Notes: generated by a model from the sequence alone, not told the origin. A stretch of DNA of 64,000 bases from an uncultured delta proteobacterium (GCA_963743525.1 CAVUQH010000004.1:736001-800000); one strand, 5' to 3'. Shown: positions 18,227-33,728, counted from the stretch's first letter. Program-made: numbers and translations.

Positions 18227-20176
18227 ATGCTCGAGCAGCTACGGCAGTCATCCAAGTCCTTCATCATCTGGATCCTCTTCGGGATCATCATCCTGGTCTT
18301 CATCATCAGCTTTGGACCTCAGGCCAACCAGCAGATCGGCTGCGGTGCGGGCAAGAACCAGATCCTGGTGGTCAACGGCCACGACGTTGACCAGTCGTCC
18401 TGGCGCTTTGCCGTCAACGGCCTGCCGCAGCTGCTACCCCAGCTCCTGCGCGGCCGCGACAAGCAGGGCCGCGACTACATGACCATGGACCTCCTGCTCA
18501 TGCGTGAGCTGCTGGCCCAGGGGGGCGAGGATGCCGGCTTCCGCATCTCCGACAAGCTCGCCGAAGACGAGGTCAAGAAGGGCAACTGGTTCTTCCTCGG
18601 TTACCCCGCGGGCAAGAGCTGGTTCTTCGTCAACGGCTACTTCAACTACGACCGACTCGAGCGCCACGCCCAGGGCCTGGGCCTGACCAGCGTCAACCAG
18701 TTCATCCGCCAACAGCGGCGCGAGCTGATGGCCGAGTCGATGCGCTCGCTGATCATCGCCGGCGTCGACGTTTCGCGCGACGAGGTGTTGGCCGAGTACA
18801 ACCACCAGCACACCACGGCGACCGTCCAGTACGTGCGCTTCTCCAGCGCCGCGTACAGCCTGCCCAATCCCAGCGATGCGGAGATCGCCGGCTATCTCGC
18901 GGACCACGAGAAGGACGTCAAGGCCAAGTACGACGCCGAGGCGGTCAACTACAAGGACACCAAGCCGTCGGTGAAGCTGCGCGAGATCTTCATCGACAAG
19001 GGCGACGACGCCGCGGCGTCCGAGGCCAAGGCCAAGGACGTGCTGGCCAAGCTCGATGCCGGCGGCGACTTCGCCGCGCTGGCCAGGGAGATGAGCGACG
19101 ACAAGGCGACCGCCGAGCGCGGTGGCCTGATCGGTTGGCGCCGCCTCGACCGCCCCGGCCTGCCCGATCCCAAGCTGACCGACGCGCTGGCCAAGCTCGA
19201 AGCGGGCAAGCACAGCGGCGTGATCGACACCGACCGCGGCCACTACATCCTCGCGGTCAACGCCAAGCGCGAGGGCGACCTCAGCTTCGACCAGGTGAAG
19301 ATGGAGATCGCCCGCGGCATGGCCGTGCAGGCGATGGCCAAGAAGGCAGCCAAGGCCGACGCCGACGCCGCCCTCGCCCAGCTGGGTCAGAACGGCAAGC
19401 TGTCCGACCTGTTCGACACCGCGCCGGTTCGCCCGACCTTCGATCCGAATCAGCTGCCCCAGGGGATCACGCCCGAGCAGCTCGAGCAGTTGATCAAGCA
19501 GCAGGCCCAGAAGGGTGAGACCGGCAGCATCATCGTCACCGGTGACGCGATCCCGGCCGAGTGGACCAATCAGGACGGCGACGGCGCCGGCGCCGGTGGC
19601 AAGCCGGCCACCCCACCCCCGGCCAAGCCGGCCAAGGCCGAGCCGGTCAAGGTCAAGGTGACGCCGAAGGCCAAGGCCAAGGCCAACGCCAAGACCGACG
19701 CCGCCGGCAGCGCCGACGCCGACGCCGACAAGCACCTGTTCCACTCCCCGGACGACGGCCTGCCGCGCCCGGCCAACCTGAAGATGCCCAAGATCCAGCA
19801 CCAGGGGCCGTTCCAGCGCGACGTCAAGCAGATCCCGGGCCTCGGCGAGTCCAAGGCGGCGGTCCAGGCGGTGTTCGAGGGTCTCGAGATCGGCCAGGTC
19901 GCCCACCAGGTGTTCGAGATCGGCAACGACTACGTCATCCTCGAGCTGGCCGGCCGAACCGACCCGGACCTCGACCAGTTCACCAAGGACGAGCCCCAGC
20001 TGCTGCAGCAGGCGCGCCTCGAGAAGGCCCAGGACGTCCTCGGCCAGTGGCTCAAGGACCGCTGCGAGAAGGTGGCCAAGGCTGGCGAGATCCAGGTGAA
20101 CCAGTCGCTGTTCGACGTCACCGACGACAAGGGCCAAAAGATCCCGGGAAATTACAAACCGTGTCAGTTCTTCTAG
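18227..20176 (+). CDS. PpiD/SurA-family periplasmic chaperone / parvulin PPIase
   Basis: MLEQLRQSSKSFIIWILFGIIILVF start; parvulin DFAALAREMSDD..GGLIGW, GHYIL. Confidence 0.85.
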   Translation: MLEQLRQSSKSFIIWILFGIIILVFIISFGPQANQQIGCGAGKNQILVVNGHDVDQSSWRFAVNGLPQLLPQLLRGRDKQGRDYMTMDLLLMRELLAQGGEDAGFRISDKLAEDEVKKGNWFFLGYPAGKSWFFVNGYFNYDRLERHAQGLGLTSVNQFIRQQRRELMAESMRSLIIAGVDVSRDEVLAEYNHQHTTATVQYVRFSSAAYSLPNPSDAEIAGYLADHEKDVKAKYDAEAVNYKDTKPSVKLREIFIDKGDDAAASEAKAKDVLAKLDAGGDFAALAREMSDDKATAERGGLIGWRRLDRPGLPDPKLTDALAKLEAGKHSGVIDTDRGHYILAVNAKREGDLSFDQVKMEIARGMAVQAMAKKAAKADADAALAQLGQNGKLSDLFDTAPVRPTFDPNQLPQGITPEQLEQLIKQQAQKGETGSIIVTGDAIPAEWTNQDGDGAGAGGKPATPPPAKPAKAEPVKVKVTPKAKAKANAKTDAAGSADADADKHLFHSPDDGLPRPANLKMPKIQHQGPFQRDVKQIPGLGESKAAVQAVFEGLEIGQVAHQVFEIGNDYVILELAGRTDPDLDQFTKDEPQLLQQARLEKAQDVLGQWLKDRCEKVAKAGEIQVNQSLFDVTDDKGQKIPGNYKPCQFF

Positions 20177-20271
20177 CCCTGCGGGCGTAGAAGAACGACC
20201 TCCCGGGCGCTTCGCGTCCTGTGAACGGGGGAGAGCGCTTCGCCCGCGCCTTCGGCGCGCGAAGCTCCCCC
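20167..20271. repeat. REP-like cluster of hairpins with GNA loops on the - strand
   Basis: gttcttcta-gccc-tgc-gggc-g-tagaagaac; gggcgc-ttc-gcgtcc; gggggag..gcttcgc..cgcgcc-ttc-ggcgcg..gcgaagc..ctccccc. Confidence 0.65.
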
Positions 20272-20364
20272 ACATGCCCCCGAATCGAGTCGCGGCAAGC
20301 CCACCAGAGCTCGCGACCCACCGCGCAAGGTCGCGGAAGTGCTAAGCTCGCGTCTGTTCGGGGC

Positions 20365-23300
20365 ATGATTCACGTGGGTCAGGACATGGGTGTCCCCGCG
20401 CGGCTGGGGTTCACCTTCCGCTTCGCCGGCGGTGCCGGCAAGCTGGCGCTCGAGGACCTCAGTTTCTTCGGCTGGCTGCGCGTCGAGCGGCTCGAGCTCG
20501 ACGTGCCCGGCTTGTCGCTGCCGGTCAACCTGTCGGCCGGCCCGGAGATCTTCCAGCGGCACCGCACCCGCGTGCGCCTGGCGTCGCTGCGCGTCGACAA
20601 CCTCGACCTCGATCGATTCCTCGCCACCCGCGTCGGCACGCTGGCCGAGCTCGGCGTCAACCAGCTGGAGGTGCGCACCTGCGACGGCTACCTGGCAGCC
20701 GAGTGCCGTGTGCGCGAGGGGCCGCACGTCGCCGATCTCACCTTCCGCGTCAGCCCGGCGCGCGGCGACGACCCGGTGTCGCTGCGGCTGGTGATCCACG
20801 ACGCCCGGATCTACGGCTTCTTGCCCACGCCGGCGCCACTGGTCGCCCACCGCATCGTCGCCGCGATCCTCGGCGCCGCAGGCGACAGCGGCCCGGCCCG
20901 CGTCGAAGGGCTGGGGCTGTTCACCATCGCGCCGCTGCGCACCTTCTTGTGGAACACGTTGCCGCCGGCCGGCTGGCGCCTGCCCGCGACCGGCACCGTC
21001 GGCGTGGCGCTGGCTCGCGTCACGCGCACGGCGCTGCAGCTCAGCTACACGCCGCTGGCCGACGACGACGAGATCCCGCCGCTAGCCGGCGACGACGAGG
21101 TCGCGCTGCGCGCCGCCTACCGCGACGCCGACGAGCGCCTGCGCGCCGGCGACATCCCCGGCGCCATCCGCGCCTACCGCGCCGAGCTCGCCAGCGGCGG
21201 CCCCGAACAGACCTTCGTCGTCGAGCGATTGCTGGCGGTGGCGGCGGCGCAGCCGACCTACTTCGTCAACGCCGTCGAGCTGTCGCGGCAAACCCTCGGG
21301 CGCCACCCCGACTTCGCTCCCGCCCACGCCGCGCTGGCGTCGATCGCGATCGGTGAGGACGACTGGGTCGCCGCCGCCGCCCGCTACCGCACGCTGTCGG
21401 ATCTGGCCGAAGCCGCAGGCGACGACCTCGGCGCGGTGCGCGCCGCGCTGACCGGTGCGCGCTTGATGCGCACCGTCAACCCGGCCGAGTCAACGCCGCT
21501 CTACGATCGAGTGCTGGCCCACCGGCCGCGCCACGCCGAGGCGGCCGAGGCGCTGTCGGAACGCTACGCCGCAGAGGAGCGCTGGCACGAGCTGGCCCGC
21601 TTGATCCGCGGCCGCCTGGGCGCCAGCGCCGACGCCGCGCATCGCTCGCGCGACCACCTGCGGCTGGCGGTGATCCTGCGCGATCAGCTCGACGATCCGG
21701 ACGGCGCGCGCGCCGAGCTGACGCTGGCGTGCGAGCTGGATCCACAGCACGTCGCCGCCCTCGAGGAGCTGGCCGCCCTCGAGCTGGCGCTGGGCGAGCC
21801 GATGCGCGCCCGCGACGCCCTCGATCGCGCCGCCGAGCTGCTCGCCCGCCGCGGCGACGATCGCGGGCAGGCACGGGTACTGGCCGGCGCCGGCGACGCG
21901 GCCGTGGCCGCCGACGACAGCAGCGGCGCCGAGAGCCGGTACCGCCGCGCGCTCGAGCTCGACCCCGACAGCGAAGCGGCGCTGTCCGGCGCAGCCGCGG
22001 TGCTCGAGCAGCGCGGCGCGATCGACGAGGCGATCGCCCTGTGGCAACGGCTCATCGACGCCAGCGTCGGCGCACCCGCGCGCCAGGCGCGCTACGCGTG
22101 CGAGCTGGGACGCAGCCTGTTGGCGAGCAACGACATCGACGGCGCGCGTGCCGCGCTGGCCGGTGCCGCCGACGCCGACGACGCCGAGCTGCGCGCCCGC
22201 GCCCGCTCGCTGCTCGCCGACGCCCACGAAGCCGCCGCCGATCGCGACGCCGCCGCGGCCGAGCTGGCCGACGCGGTCGGCGCACTGGTCAGCGCCGCCG
22301 AGCGCGCCGAGGCCGAGCGCGCGGTCAACCTGCGCCGCCGAGCCGCCGAGCTGACCCTCGCGCGCGGCCACCACCTGGCCGGCAGCGAACATCCCGACGA
22401 CGCCGCGCAGGCGTTCGAGCTGGCCCACTCACTGGCGGAGAACGACGCCCCCGAGGTCGCGCGCCAGGCGGCCACCGAGCTGCTGCGCATCGCCGACGCC
22501 GCCGACGATCTGGTCGCCGCACAGCGCTGGATCGATGCTCTGCTCGCGCTCGCCGGCGACGACAGCGAGCGCGCGTCGCTGCTCGTCCACCGCGCCGAAG
22601 AAGCGCTGTCCGCGGGCCGCACCGACGACGCCTTGCGCGACATCGACGCCGCCGCCCGGCTCGACACGTCGGGCGATCTGCGCGGGCGGATCCTCGGCAC
22701 CCGCGCCGCCACCCTGGCCGCCGCCGACGATCACGCCGGGCAGGCCCACGCGCTGCACGCCCTGGCCGAGAACAGCAGCGGACTGGCCGCCCTCGAAGCC
22801 GAGACCGGTGCCGCCCGCGCCTGGCTCGAGGCCGGAGAGGCGGCTGCGGCGCTCGACGCCGCGCGCCGCGCGGTGGCGATGTCGTATCAGCTCGACGAGG
22901 TCGACGCCGACGCAACCCGCGCCATCGACGGCGCCCACGAAGTGCTGGCCGACTCCGCCTGGCGCAAGCGCGCGTGGGACGACGTAGCCCGCGGTTACGA
23001 GCGCCTGGCCGACGCGCCGTGCGACTCGGCCGCGCGCGCCCGCCGCCTGGCTCGCTACGGCGTCGCCCTGCGCGCGCTCGATCGCCGCGACAGCGCGCGC
23101 GACGCCCTGGCCCGCGCCCTCGACGAAGCGGACGCACCGGCGGACATCCGCGCCGAGGCCGCGCGCGAGCTGTCGGAGCTGTTGCAGACCGGCGGCAATC
23201 CGGCCGGTGCAGCCGCGGTGCTCGAACGCCTGGCGTCGGACGAAGAGGCCGCCAACGAGAGCGCCCGCGCCGACGCCTGGTATCGCGCCGGCGAGCTGTA

Positions 23301-26300
23301 CGCCCAGGACGACGACAGCCGCTCCGACTCCGAGCGCTGCCTCGAGGCGTGCCTGCGCCTGGTGCCCGACCACATGCCGGCGCTCGACGCGCTCGAGCGG
23401 ATCAAGCGCGCCGACGGCGACCTCGATCGCGTGGCCGTGATCCTCGGCCGCAAGATCGCCGCGACCGCGCGCCACCCCGGTCGGCAGAAGGCATTGCTCG
23501 TGCGCCTGGCCGAGATCCAGGGACACGAGCTGGAGCGCGCCGACGCCGCCCGCGAGGCCTACCTCCGCGCGCTCGAGATCGATCCCGACTACCGCCCGGC
23601 CCTGCGGCTGTCGGCCGCCGACGCCGAAGCCGAGGGCGATCTGGAGCTGGCCACCGAGCTGTACTCGCGGCTGTCGCTGGCGCTGCCCGGTGATGACGAG
23701 CTGCCCGACGACGCCACGTCGCTGACCGACGAGCGCTACCTGGCGCTGCAGGCGCTGGCGCGACTTGCGCAGGCGCGCAACGACGAGATCGATCTGGCCG
23801 ACGCGCTGGCGCGCCTGGCCGCCGCCACCCACGCGCGCGGCGACGTCGCCGAGGCCGAGCGCCTGCGCCATGAGGTCGACCGGCTGTCCCACGGCGACGA
23901 ACAGCCGCCGGCCGAAGCTCCCGAGCGCGACGCGGTGGTCGCCGAAGCCCGCGCGCTGGAAGCCGACGAACGCGACCGCGAAGCCGCCGAGCTGCTCGAC
24001 CGGGCGCGCGCCGCCGGCACCTTGCCGGAAGAAGGCGCGGTGCTGCTGGCCGCGCTGCAGCGCGAGTGCGAGCGCAAGGCCGAGCTGGCCGCGTCGCTCG
24101 AGCGCGACGCCGACGACGCCGACGGAATGGACGCCCTGCCCGCCCTGCGCAAGGCGCTGCACCTGTACCAGCACAGCCTGGGCGACGACGACAGCGGCCG
24201 ACGCGTTCGCGTGCGGATGCAGCAGGTGGCGGCCGAATACGACCAGGGCGCCAGCCCCCAACCGGAGGAGGAAGCCGTCGTCGACGCCATCGCCGACGAG
24301 GTCGCGCTGGGGCAAACTCTCGAGACCGAGGGGCGCGAAGACGCCGCCATCGCCCGTTACGAAGAGGCGGCGCTGCTCGCCCCCGAGGACCGCCGGCCGC
24401 TGGAAGCGCTCGAGCGGCTGTACGGTGCCCGCGGCGATGCCGAGGCGCTGAGCGAGGTGCTCGGTCGGATGGTCGTGCTCGAGACCGACCCCGGGCAGCG
24501 CGGCCAGCTGTGGCGGCGGCGCGCCCGCCTCTACCGCGACGCCCTGCACCGCGAAGCCGAGACCTACCGCTGCCTCAAAGAGGCATACGCCTGCGACCCC
24601 GACAGCGGCGAGATCGCGCACGAGCTCCGCGCCGTGGCGATGGTCCGCGGCGAGTGGGCGCTGGCCGCCGAGCTGCTGTACGCCGAGATCGCCGCCGCTG
24701 CCGACCAGCGCGAGGCCGGCGCCCTCCACCACGAGCTGGCGCTCATCTTCGACGAGAAGCTGCTCGACCCCGACGGCGCGCGCCTCAACTACGAACAGGC
24801 GCTCGCTCTCGACCCCGACATCCCGGCATCGCCCGAGCCGCTGGCCCGACTGTACGAGCTGTCCGGCGACCTGGCCGCCGCCGGACACATGCACGAGTTG
24901 GCGGCCGAGCGCGCGCGCGGCGAGTCCGACCGCGGCCGCTGCTACCAGCGCGCCGCGCTGTGCGCCGAGCGCGTGGGCGACGAGATCGAGGCCCGGCGCC
25001 TGTACAACCTCGCCGCCCTGGCGGTCAGCGACGACGAGGACAGCCACCGCGCCCACGCCGCCCTGGCGCGGCTGTCGGCGGCCGCCCAGGGACCGTTCTC
25101 GCACAACGAGCTGCTCGAGCTGCGCCTCAGCGAAGAGACCGACGGCGAGCGCCGCATCGATCTCTTGCGCGAGATGCTCGAGGCCGCCGTTGCCACCGGC
25201 GACGAGCGCAGCACCGTGCGCTACGCCGAGATCCTTCTGGCCGCCGACCCATCGGATGCATCGGCCTACCGCGAGCTGCGCGATCGCGCCGCGGCCAACG
25301 GCAACTGGGACGCCCTGGCCAACCTGCAAGAGCTGCGCGCCAACGCCACCGACGACCCTCTCGATCGGTCGGCCCGCTACTACGAGCTGGGCCGCCTCTA
25401 CCTGGATCGGCTGCGCGACGTCAACGCCGCGGTCACCGCCTTCGAACAGGCGCTGGAGAGCCAACCGGATCACGCCGGCGCGATCGAGGCACTGGCCGCC
25501 GTCGCCTATGGCAAGGCCGACTGGCCCAAGGCGCGTGGGCTGTATCTGCGCCTGGCTCCCGAGACCGCGACGATGGCCCGCGACGCGCTGTGGGTGCGCC
25601 GCGGCGAGGTCGCCGAGGCGATGGGCCTCGAGCGCGAAGCCCTGGACGCCTTCCTGACATCGATCCAGCACGCGCCGTCCAACCGCACCGCCCTGGCCGC
25701 GGTCGCGCGCACGGCATCGCGGCTGGGCGATCATCGGCAAGCGCGCGAGGCGCTCGAGACGCTGGTCGAGCTGTTGCCCCTGGACGACGTCAAGGGCGTC
25801 AGCCTGGCGCGCCTGCAGCTGGGCGAGCTCAGCCGCAAGCTGGGCGAGCACGACCGCGCCATCGACTACTACGAGATGGTCCTGGCCGAGGATCCCGAGT
25901 CGCGGCAGGCGTTGGGCGCGCTGGTCGACCTGTACGGCGAGCGCGGTGACTACGAGTCGGTGGTGCGGGCGCTGACCACGCTCACCGCGCTGGCGGCGAC
26001 GCCGGCCCAGCAGGCCGAGCTGCTCTACCGCCGCGGCGAGCTGTATCGCACCAGGCTCGGCGACGCCGACCTGGCTGCCGACGCGTATCTCAAGGGGATC
26101 GACCTCGACCCCAGCCACGTGCCCACCCTGCGCCGGCTGATCGACTACTACTGGCGCACCGAGGACGACGCCGGCCTGGTCGAGATCGCCCGCGACCTCG
26201 ATACCCAGCGCGCCCTGCCCGGCACCGATCCACTGCCGCTGGCGCGCGCGCTGGTCGCCGCCGGCGTGCGCGGCAATGCGACCCTGGCCCGGGCCATCGC

Positions 26301-26514
26301 CTCGACCCTGGCCTCGGAGACCGCCGAGACCCTGGCCGCCGCGCTGGCCGAGGCGTCCCGGGACCGCCCCGCCGATGCGATCGACGATCTGGCCGGCGCC
26401 GCAGTCCGCCTGTGCGCGGCCATCGAGGGACTTTCCGCCGACGATCTGGCCAGCCGCACAGCTCGCCGCGGCGCCTCCGAAGCGCTGACCGCCCGGCTCC
26501 GTCCGGCCCATTGA
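20365..26514 (+). CDS. Giant (~2050 aa) tetratricopeptide-repeat protein
   Basis: Many TPR motifs (YRRALELDP, YLRALEIDPD, YEQALALDPD, YEMVLAEDPES); strong codon bias; start uncertain. Confidence 0.85.
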   Translation: MIHVGQDMGVPARLGFTFRFAGGAGKLALEDLSFFGWLRVERLELDVPGLSLPVNLSAGPEIFQRHRTRVRLASLRVDNLDLDRFLATRVGTLAELGVNQLEVRTCDGYLAAECRVREGPHVADLTFRVSPARGDDPVSLRLVIHDARIYGFLPTPAPLVAHRIVAAILGAAGDSGPARVEGLGLFTIAPLRTFLWNTLPPAGWRLPATGTVGVALARVTRTALQLSYTPLADDDEIPPLAGDDEVALRAAYRDADERLRAGDIPGAIRAYRAELASGGPEQTFVVERLLAVAAAQPTYFVNAVELSRQTLGRHPDFAPAHAALASIAIGEDDWVAAAARYRTLSDLAEAAGDDLGAVRAALTGARLMRTVNPAESTPLYDRVLAHRPRHAEAAEALSERYAAEERWHELARLIRGRLGASADAAHRSRDHLRLAVILRDQLDDPDGARAELTLACELDPQHVAALEELAALELALGEPMRARDALDRAAELLARRGDDRGQARVLAGAGDAAVAADDSSGAESRYRRALELDPDSEAALSGAAAVLEQRGAIDEAIALWQRLIDASVGAPARQARYACELGRSLLASNDIDGARAALAGAADADDAELRARARSLLADAHEAAADRDAAAAELADAVGALVSAAERAEAERAVNLRRRAAELTLARGHHLAGSEHPDDAAQAFELAHSLAENDAPEVARQAATELLRIADAADDLVAAQRWIDALLALAGDDSERASLLVHRAEEALSAGRTDDALRDIDAAARLDTSGDLRGRILGTRAATLAAADDHAGQAHALHALAENSSGLAALEAETGAARAWLEAGEAAAALDAARRAVAMSYQLDEVDADATRAIDGAHEVLADSAWRKRAWDDVARGYERLADAPCDSAARARRLARYGVALRALDRRDSARDALARALDEADAPADIRAEAARELSELLQTGGNPAGAAAVLERLASDEEAANESARADAWYRAGELYAQDDDSRSDSERCLEACLRLVPDHMPALDALERIKRADGDLDRVAVILGRKIAATARHPGRQKALLVRLAEIQGHELERADAAREAYLRALEIDPDYRPALRLSAADAEAEGDLELATELYSRLSLALPGDDELPDDATSLTDERYLALQALARLAQARNDEIDLADALARLAAATHARGDVAEAERLRHEVDRLSHGDEQPPAEAPERDAVVAEARALEADERDREAAELLDRARAAGTLPEEGAVLLAALQRECERKAELAASLERDADDADGMDALPALRKALHLYQHSLGDDDSGRRVRVRMQQVAAEYDQGASPQPEEEAVVDAIADEVALGQTLETEGREDAAIARYEEAALLAPEDRRPLEALERLYGARGDAEALSEVLGRMVVLETDPGQRGQLWRRRARLYRDALHREAETYRCLKEAYACDPDSGEIAHELRAVAMVRGEWALAAELLYAEIAAAADQREAGALHHELALIFDEKLLDPDGARLNYEQALALDPDIPASPEPLARLYELSGDLAAAGHMHELAAERARGESDRGRCYQRAALCAERVGDEIEARRLYNLAALAVSDDEDSHRAHAALARLSAAAQGPFSHNELLELRLSEETDGERRIDLLREMLEAAVATGDERSTVRYAEILLAADPSDASAYRELRDRAAANGNWDALANLQELRANATDDPLDRSARYYELGRLYLDRLRDVNAAVTAFEQALESQPDHAGAIEALAAVAYGKADWPKARGLYLRLAPETATMARDALWVRRGEVAEAMGLEREALDAFLTSIQHAPSNRTALAAVARTASRLGDHRQAREALETLVELLPLDDVKGVSLARLQLGELSRKLGEHDRAIDYYEMVLAEDPESRQALGALVDLYGERGDYESVVRALTTLTALAATPAQQAELLYRRGELYRTRLGDADLAADAYLKGIDLDPSHVPTLRRLIDYYWRTEDDAGLVEIARDLDTQRALPGTDPLPLARALVAAGVRGNATLARAIASTLASETAETLAAALAEASRDRPADAIDDLAGAAVRLCAAIEGLSADDLASRTARRGASEALTARLRPAH

Positions 26515-26540
26515 CAGCCCCGTCGACCGGGCGCGATAGT
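26511..26540 (+). promoter_or_regulatory. Sigma70-like promoter
   Basis: TTGACA-18-GATAGT upstream of SD GGAGG and ATG 26565. Confidence 0.45.
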
Positions 26541-26564
26541 GCCTCACCAGCGGAGGGGAGCACG

Positions 26565-27530
26565 ATGGAATCGCGCGCAACGATCGGGATCGGTATCGCG
26601 TTGGCGCTCGCGGCGGTGGGCTGCGGGGCGTCGGCCAAGGGCTTGGACAAGGGCATTCAGCGCGACCGCGTCCAGGCGCCTCAGGTCAGCCAGCACGATC
26701 AACTGGTCGCCGAAGGCGACGCTGCCTGGGCCAAGCGCGCCGACCGCGCGCAGCTGGAGCTGGCGATCCAGAAGTGGGAGCAAGCGGTCGCCATCGTCAA
26801 CTCCGACGCCGACACCTACGCCAAGCTGTCGCGCGGCTGCTACCTGCTCGCCGACGGCTGGTTGTTCTTCGATCAGAAGGCGTCGCCGGATGGCGAGGCC
26901 AAGTTCCTGGCCATGCACGAGAAGGGCTATCGCCTGGCCGAGCGCGGCCTCGCGGCGCTGTCGCCCGACTTCGAAAAGCGGCGCATGGCCGGCACCAAGA
27001 TCGAAGACGCGATCAAGGTGATCGGACGCAACGGCGCCCCGCTGATGTACTGGTACGCGTCCAACCTGGGCAAGTGGGCCAAGGCCAAGGGCTTCACCAC
27101 CACCCTCGAGCACAAGGATCGGATCTTCGCCGTCATCAGCCGGGTCTACGAGGTAGCGCCCGACTACTTCTACGGCGCGGCCGATCGCTACTTCGGCGCC
27201 TTCTACGCCGTCGCCCCCAAGTTCGCCGGCGGCGACGTGCAGAAGAGCTACGAGCATTTCCAGGCCTCGCTCAAGGCGGCGCCCAACTACCTGGGCACCT
27301 ACGTCCTCATCGCCGAGCTGTACACGCCGCTCGAGGACGCCGCCGCGGGCAAGAAGCCGGACCCGGCGGCATTCGACGCCAACCTCAGCATCGTGCTCAA
27401 CGCGCAGCCGTGCCCGGCGGGCGGGGTGCAGAGCCCGGTGCCGTGCATCCTTCCCGACCTCGCTCCGGAGGCGGCGATCGAGCAGAAGAAGGCCCGGGAG
27501 CTCGAGGGCCGCAAGGAAGAGCTGTTCTAG
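26565..27530 (+). CDS. TatT-like (TRAP-associated TPR) lipoprotein
   Basis: Lipobox AVGC; YWYASNLGKW, PDYFYGAADRYFGAFY..P.FAGGD..KS..HF. Confidence 0.65.
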   Translation: MESRATIGIGIALALAAVGCGASAKGLDKGIQRDRVQAPQVSQHDQLVAEGDAAWAKRADRAQLELAIQKWEQAVAIVNSDADTYAKLSRGCYLLADGWLFFDQKASPDGEAKFLAMHEKGYRLAERGLAALSPDFEKRRMAGTKIEDAIKVIGRNGAPLMYWYASNLGKWAKAKGFTTTLEHKDRIFAVISRVYEVAPDYFYGAADRYFGAFYAVAPKFAGGDVQKSYEHFQASLKAAPNYLGTYVLIAELYTPLEDAAAGKKPDPAAFDANLSIVLNAQPCPAGGVQSPVPCILPDLAPEAAIEQKKARELEGRKEELF

Positions 27531-27564
27531 CCGAGACTCGGATGTGATTCTCGCGTTCCCGTGG

Positions 27565-27592
27565 TTGACGGGTTCGTGAGGGTGATTACATT
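27565..27592 (+). promoter_or_regulatory. Putative promoter of the clpB operon (very short leader)
   Basis: TTGACG-16-TACATT ending 9 bp before the ATG; no SD. Confidence 0.45.
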
Positions 27593-27601
27593 CGGCTCAC
27601 C

Positions 27602-30214
<2,613 letters not shown>

Positions 30215-30223
30215 GCGACACCG

Positions 30224-31023
30224 ATGCAATTCGACCCGCAGATCGACTACTACGCGGCCCTCGGGGTCTCGAACGAGGCGACGCCGGAGGAGATCAAGAA
30301 GGCCTACCGGCGCCTGGCCAAGAAGTTCCACCCGGACTCGACCGGAGGGGACAAGGCCAAGGAAGCCAAGTTCAAGGAGATTTCGTCCGCGTACGACGTC
30401 CTCGGCGACCGCGAGAAGCGCGAGCAGTACGACGCGTTCCGCGCGGCGCCGCGCATGCCGCCGGGCTTCGCCGCCGGCGGCGGGCAGGGGTTCGACTTCG
30501 GCAACCTGGATCTGGGCGACCTGTTCTCCCAGGTCTTCGGTGGCCGCGGCGCCCCCGGCGGAGTCGGTGGGCCGGGCAACGTGGAGTATCGGTTCTACTC
30601 ATCGGATCCCGGGAGCATGGGCGACCCGTTCGCCGGCGCTCCCGGCGGGCAGACCCGACGGCGGCGACGGCGGCGACGCCAGGCCGAGCCGCCCGCGCCG
30701 CCGACCGAGCGCAAACGGCGCGCGTCGGACGGGTCAGCGCTGGTCCAGCGGGGCGACAACCTCTACAGCGACGTCCGCGTGCGCCTGGATCAGGCGATCC
30801 TCGGCGCCGTCGTCGAGGTTCCGACGCTGTCGGGCAAGGCCCACGTCAAGATTCCCCCGGGAACCTCCAGCGGCGCCAAGCTGCGCCTCAAGGGCAAGGG
30901 CGCGCGCAGCGCCCAGGGATACGGTGACCATTACGTGACCGTGCACATCGACGTACCCAAGAAGATCGACGAAAAAGCCGAAACGCTGCTCGCCGAGTTC
31001 ATGAAGCGAACGAGAGGCACCAA

Positions 31024-31027
<4 letters not shown>
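30224..31027 (+). CDS. DnaJ-class (type II, CbpA-like) co-chaperone
   Basis: J domain with HPD, G/F region, C-terminal domain, no zinc finger. Confidence 0.9.
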
Positions 31028-33423
<2,396 letters not shown>

Positions 33424-33473
33424 CCGACGAAATACAGCTCGGCGAGCGTCTCGCTCCGCCGAGCCTCATGGCC

Positions 33474-33508
33474 GAAAGCGCCGGGCTAACCCCCGGCGCT
33501 TTCTTCTT
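33474..33508 (+). terminator. Intrinsic terminator of clpB-dnaJ-lon
   Basis: gaaagcgccggg-loop-cccggcgctttc followed by ttctt. Confidence 0.8.
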
Positions 33509-33530
33509 GGGTCCTCGGCGGGTTCGGCGG

Positions 33531-33728
33531 CTACGGCTTGCGCAGTTGTTCGCTGCAGCCGGTGCAGAACATGTCGCCGGCTTTGCGGCGGCGGGCGTGG
33601 TCGAGATCGGTGCAGCGGCTGGAGCGGATCTTGTCGTTGACGACGCCGCCGCAGTTTGGACAGCTTCGCACCGGGGCGTCGGAGCGTCGGTGATTCAGAT
33701 TCGGGCAGAACGGGGCACTGGTGATCAT
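33531..33728 (-). CDS. Small Cys/His-rich putative zinc-binding protein (65 aa)
   Basis: MITSAPFCPNLNH..CPNCGG..C..DH..FCTGC; ATGA overlap with the CarD-like stop; SD AGGAG. Confidence 0.7.
   Translation of the reverse strand: MITSAPFCPNLNHRRSDAPVRSCPNCGGVVNDKIRSSRCTDLDHARRRKAGDMFCTGCSEQLRKP

Noticed and set aside
26511..26534. Similarity of ttgacagccccgtcgaccgggcg to the hairpin arm at 11846-11868
   Set aside because: No matching inverted arm here; explained as an ordinary TTGACA promoter plus GC-rich chance similarity
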